Part shown: piece after piece, positions 61,259 through 64,000 of the stretch
Position numbering within the stretch: the stretch's first letter is position 1
Layout: each line of letters begins with the position of its first letter
Source of the DNA: Candidatus Latescibacterota bacterium
Lineage (GTDB): Bacteria > Latescibacterota > UBA2968 > UBA8231
Length of the DNA stretch: 64,000 nt
Assembly (NCBI GenBank): GCA_965223905.1
Contig: CBDCXV010000001.1
Span: 1,408,001-1,472,000 of the forward strand
Reading direction: 5' to 3'
The notes under the pieces: generated by a model
What the model saw: the letters and a program-made list of their open reading frames with translations, nothing else
Told to the model about the DNA's origin: nothing
The model's database searches: none
Made by a program: the position numbers and the translations under genes

Positions 61259-61825
61259 GATTCCTCCTGTTACCGATTCGGCGCAGTTGTTACGTGAAAT
61301 GCCCGGGTGCAGCCGCTGATCGCGGCCGCCACGGCTACCTGCAACCCGGCGTCGCGCCGCGGGGGTCATACATGGCGCCAGGGATGACTGGTAAGGTCGA
61401 TGGCCTGATGCCGGCAAAAAGTCGCTTGTCAAAACGCCGCTTGTGTGGTGACGTGGCGAGGGCTTGGCGGATGAAGCTGCTCGATGCCTGGCGATGAGTA
61501 CGTGACGAGGCCATTACCCGTGCGTAGCACGCGCGGGAAGATACTCAACTGCGGGGTACGGCATGGACGAACAGTGCAAAGGGGGGTTGACGGTGAAGAA
61601 CGTGGGGGAAGGCAAGTGAACAGAACAGTTAACGCTACCATCCGCACTGGGAAAAGTCAAGCTGCCACGGCCGGAAATCGCGCCCCATGGTCAGCCGACG
61701 ACGGCGCCGTTTTACCAAATGACTCGCCATGACTCGCCGCGGAAACCGGCCATTCGCTCCGGGCCTGCTTGTCCAGTCCCGGCGGCCCGGATACCTTCTG
61801 CCGTTCGCACCGAACGGAGTTGATC

Positions 61826-63010
61826 ATGGCTCGAACCGCAGGCATCGGGGTAATAGGAATGGGGTGGATGGGCCAGGTCCACAGCCGCTCCTACCGCACT
61901 GTCGCCGACCGCTTCTGGGACAGCGAGCTGCAGCCCCGGCTGGTGGTCTGCGCCGACGATGTCGAGAGCCGCGCCCGCGAGGCGCAGCAGCGCTTCGGCT
62001 TCGCCGGCAGCACCACCGACTGGCGGGAGGTGGTCGACGATCCCGCGGTCGCCGTCGTCAACATCGCCACTCCGAACGACCGCCACCTCGAAATCGTCGA
62101 AGCCTGCGCCGCGTCGGGAAAGCATCTCTTCTGCGAGAAACCGGTGGGGGGCGGCCCCCGGGAGACCGCCCGCATCGAGGCGGCCGCCAGGGAGGCGGGA
62201 GTGCTGACCTTCGTCGGCTACAACTACCGCTGGGCGCCGCTGGTGCAGCACTCCCGCCGGCTCATCCGCGACGGCAGGCTCGGCGAACTCACCCACTACC
62301 GCGGCCGTTTCCTCGTGGGCTACGCCAGCAACCCGGACGCCGTCCTCTCCTGGCGTTTCCAGCAGGAGCGTGCCGGCCTCGGGGCCCTCGGGGACCTGAT
62401 GTCGCACGTCATCGACATGGCGCACTCGCTGGCCGGGCCGATCGACCGCGTCGTCGGCAACCGCGCCACCTTCATCGGCGAGCGCCCGTTGGCAGAGGCG
62501 GGGGAAGGCACCCACTTCTCGGTGCGCAGCGGCGGCCCCAGAGGGAAGGTGACCAACGAAGACTACGCCGGGGCCCTGGTGCGTTTCGCCAACGGCGCCC
62601 AGGGCAGCTTCGAGGTCGACCGCATCATCAGCGGTCTCAAGTGCCAGATGGCATTCGAGGTGCACGGGACGAAGGGGGCGATTCGCTGGGACTTCGAGCG
62701 CATGAACGAGCTGCAGGTCTACCTGCCGGAAGAGAACGGCGCCCACGACGGTTTCGTCACCATCGCCAGCGGCCCGGAGCACCCCTCCCACCTGCGCTTC
62801 ACACCGGGACCGGCCCTCGGTCTGGGGTACGACGACCTGAAGGCGATCGAGGCCGCCAGGTTCCTCGACAGCATCGCCGCCGGCAGGCAGGGCGAACCCG
62901 GTTTTGGCGAGGCCCTCGCCGTCGCCGAGGTTCAGGACGCCATCGCCCGTTCCTGGGAGAGCGAAAGCTGGGAACCGGTGCGCGGGATCGGCGGACAAGC
63001 GAGCCAGTGA
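61826..63010 (+). CDS. Gfo/Idh/MocA oxidoreductase (inositol dehydrogenase-like)
   Basis: [30 protein letters not shown]; lies upstream of iolD. Confidence 0.9.
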   Translation: MARTAGIGVIGMGWMGQVHSRSYRTVADRFWDSELQPRLVVCADDVESRAREAQQRFGFAGSTTDWREVVDDPAVAVVNIATPNDRHLEIVEACAASGKHLFCEKPVGGGPRETARIEAAAREAGVLTFVGYNYRWAPLVQHSRRLIRDGRLGELTHYRGRFLVGYASNPDAVLSWRFQQERAGLGALGDLMSHVIDMAHSLAGPIDRVVGNRATFIGERPLAEAGEGTHFSVRSGGPRGKVTNEDYAGALVRFANGAQGSFEVDRIISGLKCQMAFEVHGTKGAIRWDFERMNELQVYLPEENGAHDGFVTIASGPEHPSHLRFTPGPALGLGYDDLKAIEAARFLDSIAAGRQGEPGFGEALAVAEVQDAIARSWESESWEPVRGIGGQASQ

Positions 63011-63044
63011 CCCGGCATGAAGCCAGCGACCAGGCCCTCAGCGA

Positions 63045-63230
63045 GCACGGCGAGCCATGGAATTGATTCACCGCGAGCTATGAAATTGACGCACAGCGCG
63101 CCGATGCCCCCGGCTCCACATCCAACCCGGCAGGCTCGCGAGCCCAGGCGAGCACGGCGAGCCATGTAATTGACGCACGGCGAGCCATGTAATTGACGCA
63201 CGGCGAGCCGGGTAATCGACGCACGGGGAG
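63045..63230. repeat. Two clusters of 23-bp tandem repeats
   Basis: GCACGGCGAGCCATGTAATTGAC at 63152-63174 and 63175-63197, with degenerate copies at 63045-63102 and 63198-63230. Confidence 0.85.
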
Positions 63231-63257
63231 CAGATGAATGTCGCACGGAGAAATGCC

Positions 63258-64000
63258 ATGAGCATCCACGATCGCGAGACCACGCGCCTGACCATGGCGC
63301 AGGCCCTCGTCGAATACCTGAAAGTCCAGTACAGCGAGCGGGACGGGGAGCGCCGCCGCCTCATCCCGGCCCTGTTCGGGATCTTCGGGCACGGCAACGT
63401 CGCCGGCATCGGCCAGGCGCTCGAGGAGTGCGGCGGCACCGGGCTTCCCTACTACCAGCCCTGCAACGAGCAGTCGATGGTGCACACGGCGTCGGGGTAC
63501 GCCAAGGCCAACCGGCGCCTGGCGACCCTGGCCTGCACCTCCTCCATCGGCCCGGGGGCCACCAACATGGTATCCGGGGCGGCGACGGCTACCATCAACA
63601 GGCTGCCGGTGCTGCTGCTGCCGTCGGACTACTACGCCACCCGCCACCAGGGGACGGTTCTGCAGGAGCTCGAGAACCCGGCCGCCGCCGACGTCAGCGT
63701 CAACGACTGCTTCCGCCCGGTGAGCCGCTTCTTCGACCGCATCACGCGGCCCGAGCAGCTGCTGACCGCGCTTCCCGAGGCGATGCGCGTCCTCCTCGAC
63801 CCGGCCGAGACCGGCGCCGTCACCCTGTCGCTGCCCCAGGACGTCCAGTCGCACGCCTGGGACTACCCTGTCCGCTTCTTCGAGGAGCGCACCTGGAGCG
63901 TCGACCGCCGGCCCCCGGAGTCGCGGCGGATCGCCGAGGCGGTGGAGATGATCAGGGCGGCCCGACGGCCGGCGATCATCGCAGGGGGCGGGGTACACTA
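63258..64000 (+). CDS. iolD: 3D-(3,5/4)-trihydroxycyclohexane-1,2-dione acylhydrolase (partial, runs off the window)
   Basis: RLTMAQALVEYL, GIFGHGNVAG, NEQSMVH, SSIGPGATNM, NDCFRPVSRFFDRI. Confidence 0.92.
   Translation, partial: MSIHDRETTRLTMAQALVEYLKVQYSERDGERRRLIPALFGIFGHGNVAGIGQALEECGGTGLPYYQPCNEQSMVHTASGYAKANRRLATLACTSSIGPGATNMVSGAATATINRLPVLLLPSDYYATRHQGTVLQELENPAAADVSVNDCFRPVSRFFDRITRPEQLLTALPEAMRVLLDPAETGAVTLSLPQDVQSHAWDYPVRFFEERTWSVDRRPPESRRIAEAVEMIRAARRPAIIAGGGVH

Noticed and set aside
61631-61645. ops/JUMPstart-like GGATGGTAGCGT upstream of the export gene
   Set aside because: The match is imperfect, it lies ~370 bp upstream, and nothing else supports it.
63045-63230. Possible CRISPR array
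   Set aside because: The repeats are directly tandem with no unique spacers, and there are no cas genes in the window.

Overview
GC-rich bacterial chromosomal window. C-terminal 'WGxIK' tails and a dockerin/EF-hand tail suggest a Latescibacterota/Poribacteria-like organism, which is inference only. From left to right it contains: the 3' part of a large UvrD-domain helicase; small metabolic genes; a decayed defence spot (type III Mod remnant split by an IS1380, plus an MNT-HEPN pair); an ECF sigma/anti-sigma/caspase operon with the caspase truncated; a four-gene degenerate helicase/UvrD/Fe-S nuclease/RecJ operon; catabolic genes; a ~14 kb island headed by a WYL regulator; a decayed TonB receptor next to higBA; a DMFase-like gene; an exopolysaccharide cluster; and the start of iolD. 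The strongest unexplained signal is a 19-bp box, YGCGAC-RYRATCY-GTCGCA, found five times in the WYL island. Each copy lies directly upstream of a cassette and points towards it. The cassettes are a split PD-(D/E)XK nuclease, a tandem AAA ATPase, a collagen-like lipoprotein, a stand-alone AAA N-domain and a catalytically degenerate DnaB. All family calls come from motif recognition by eye; no searches were run.
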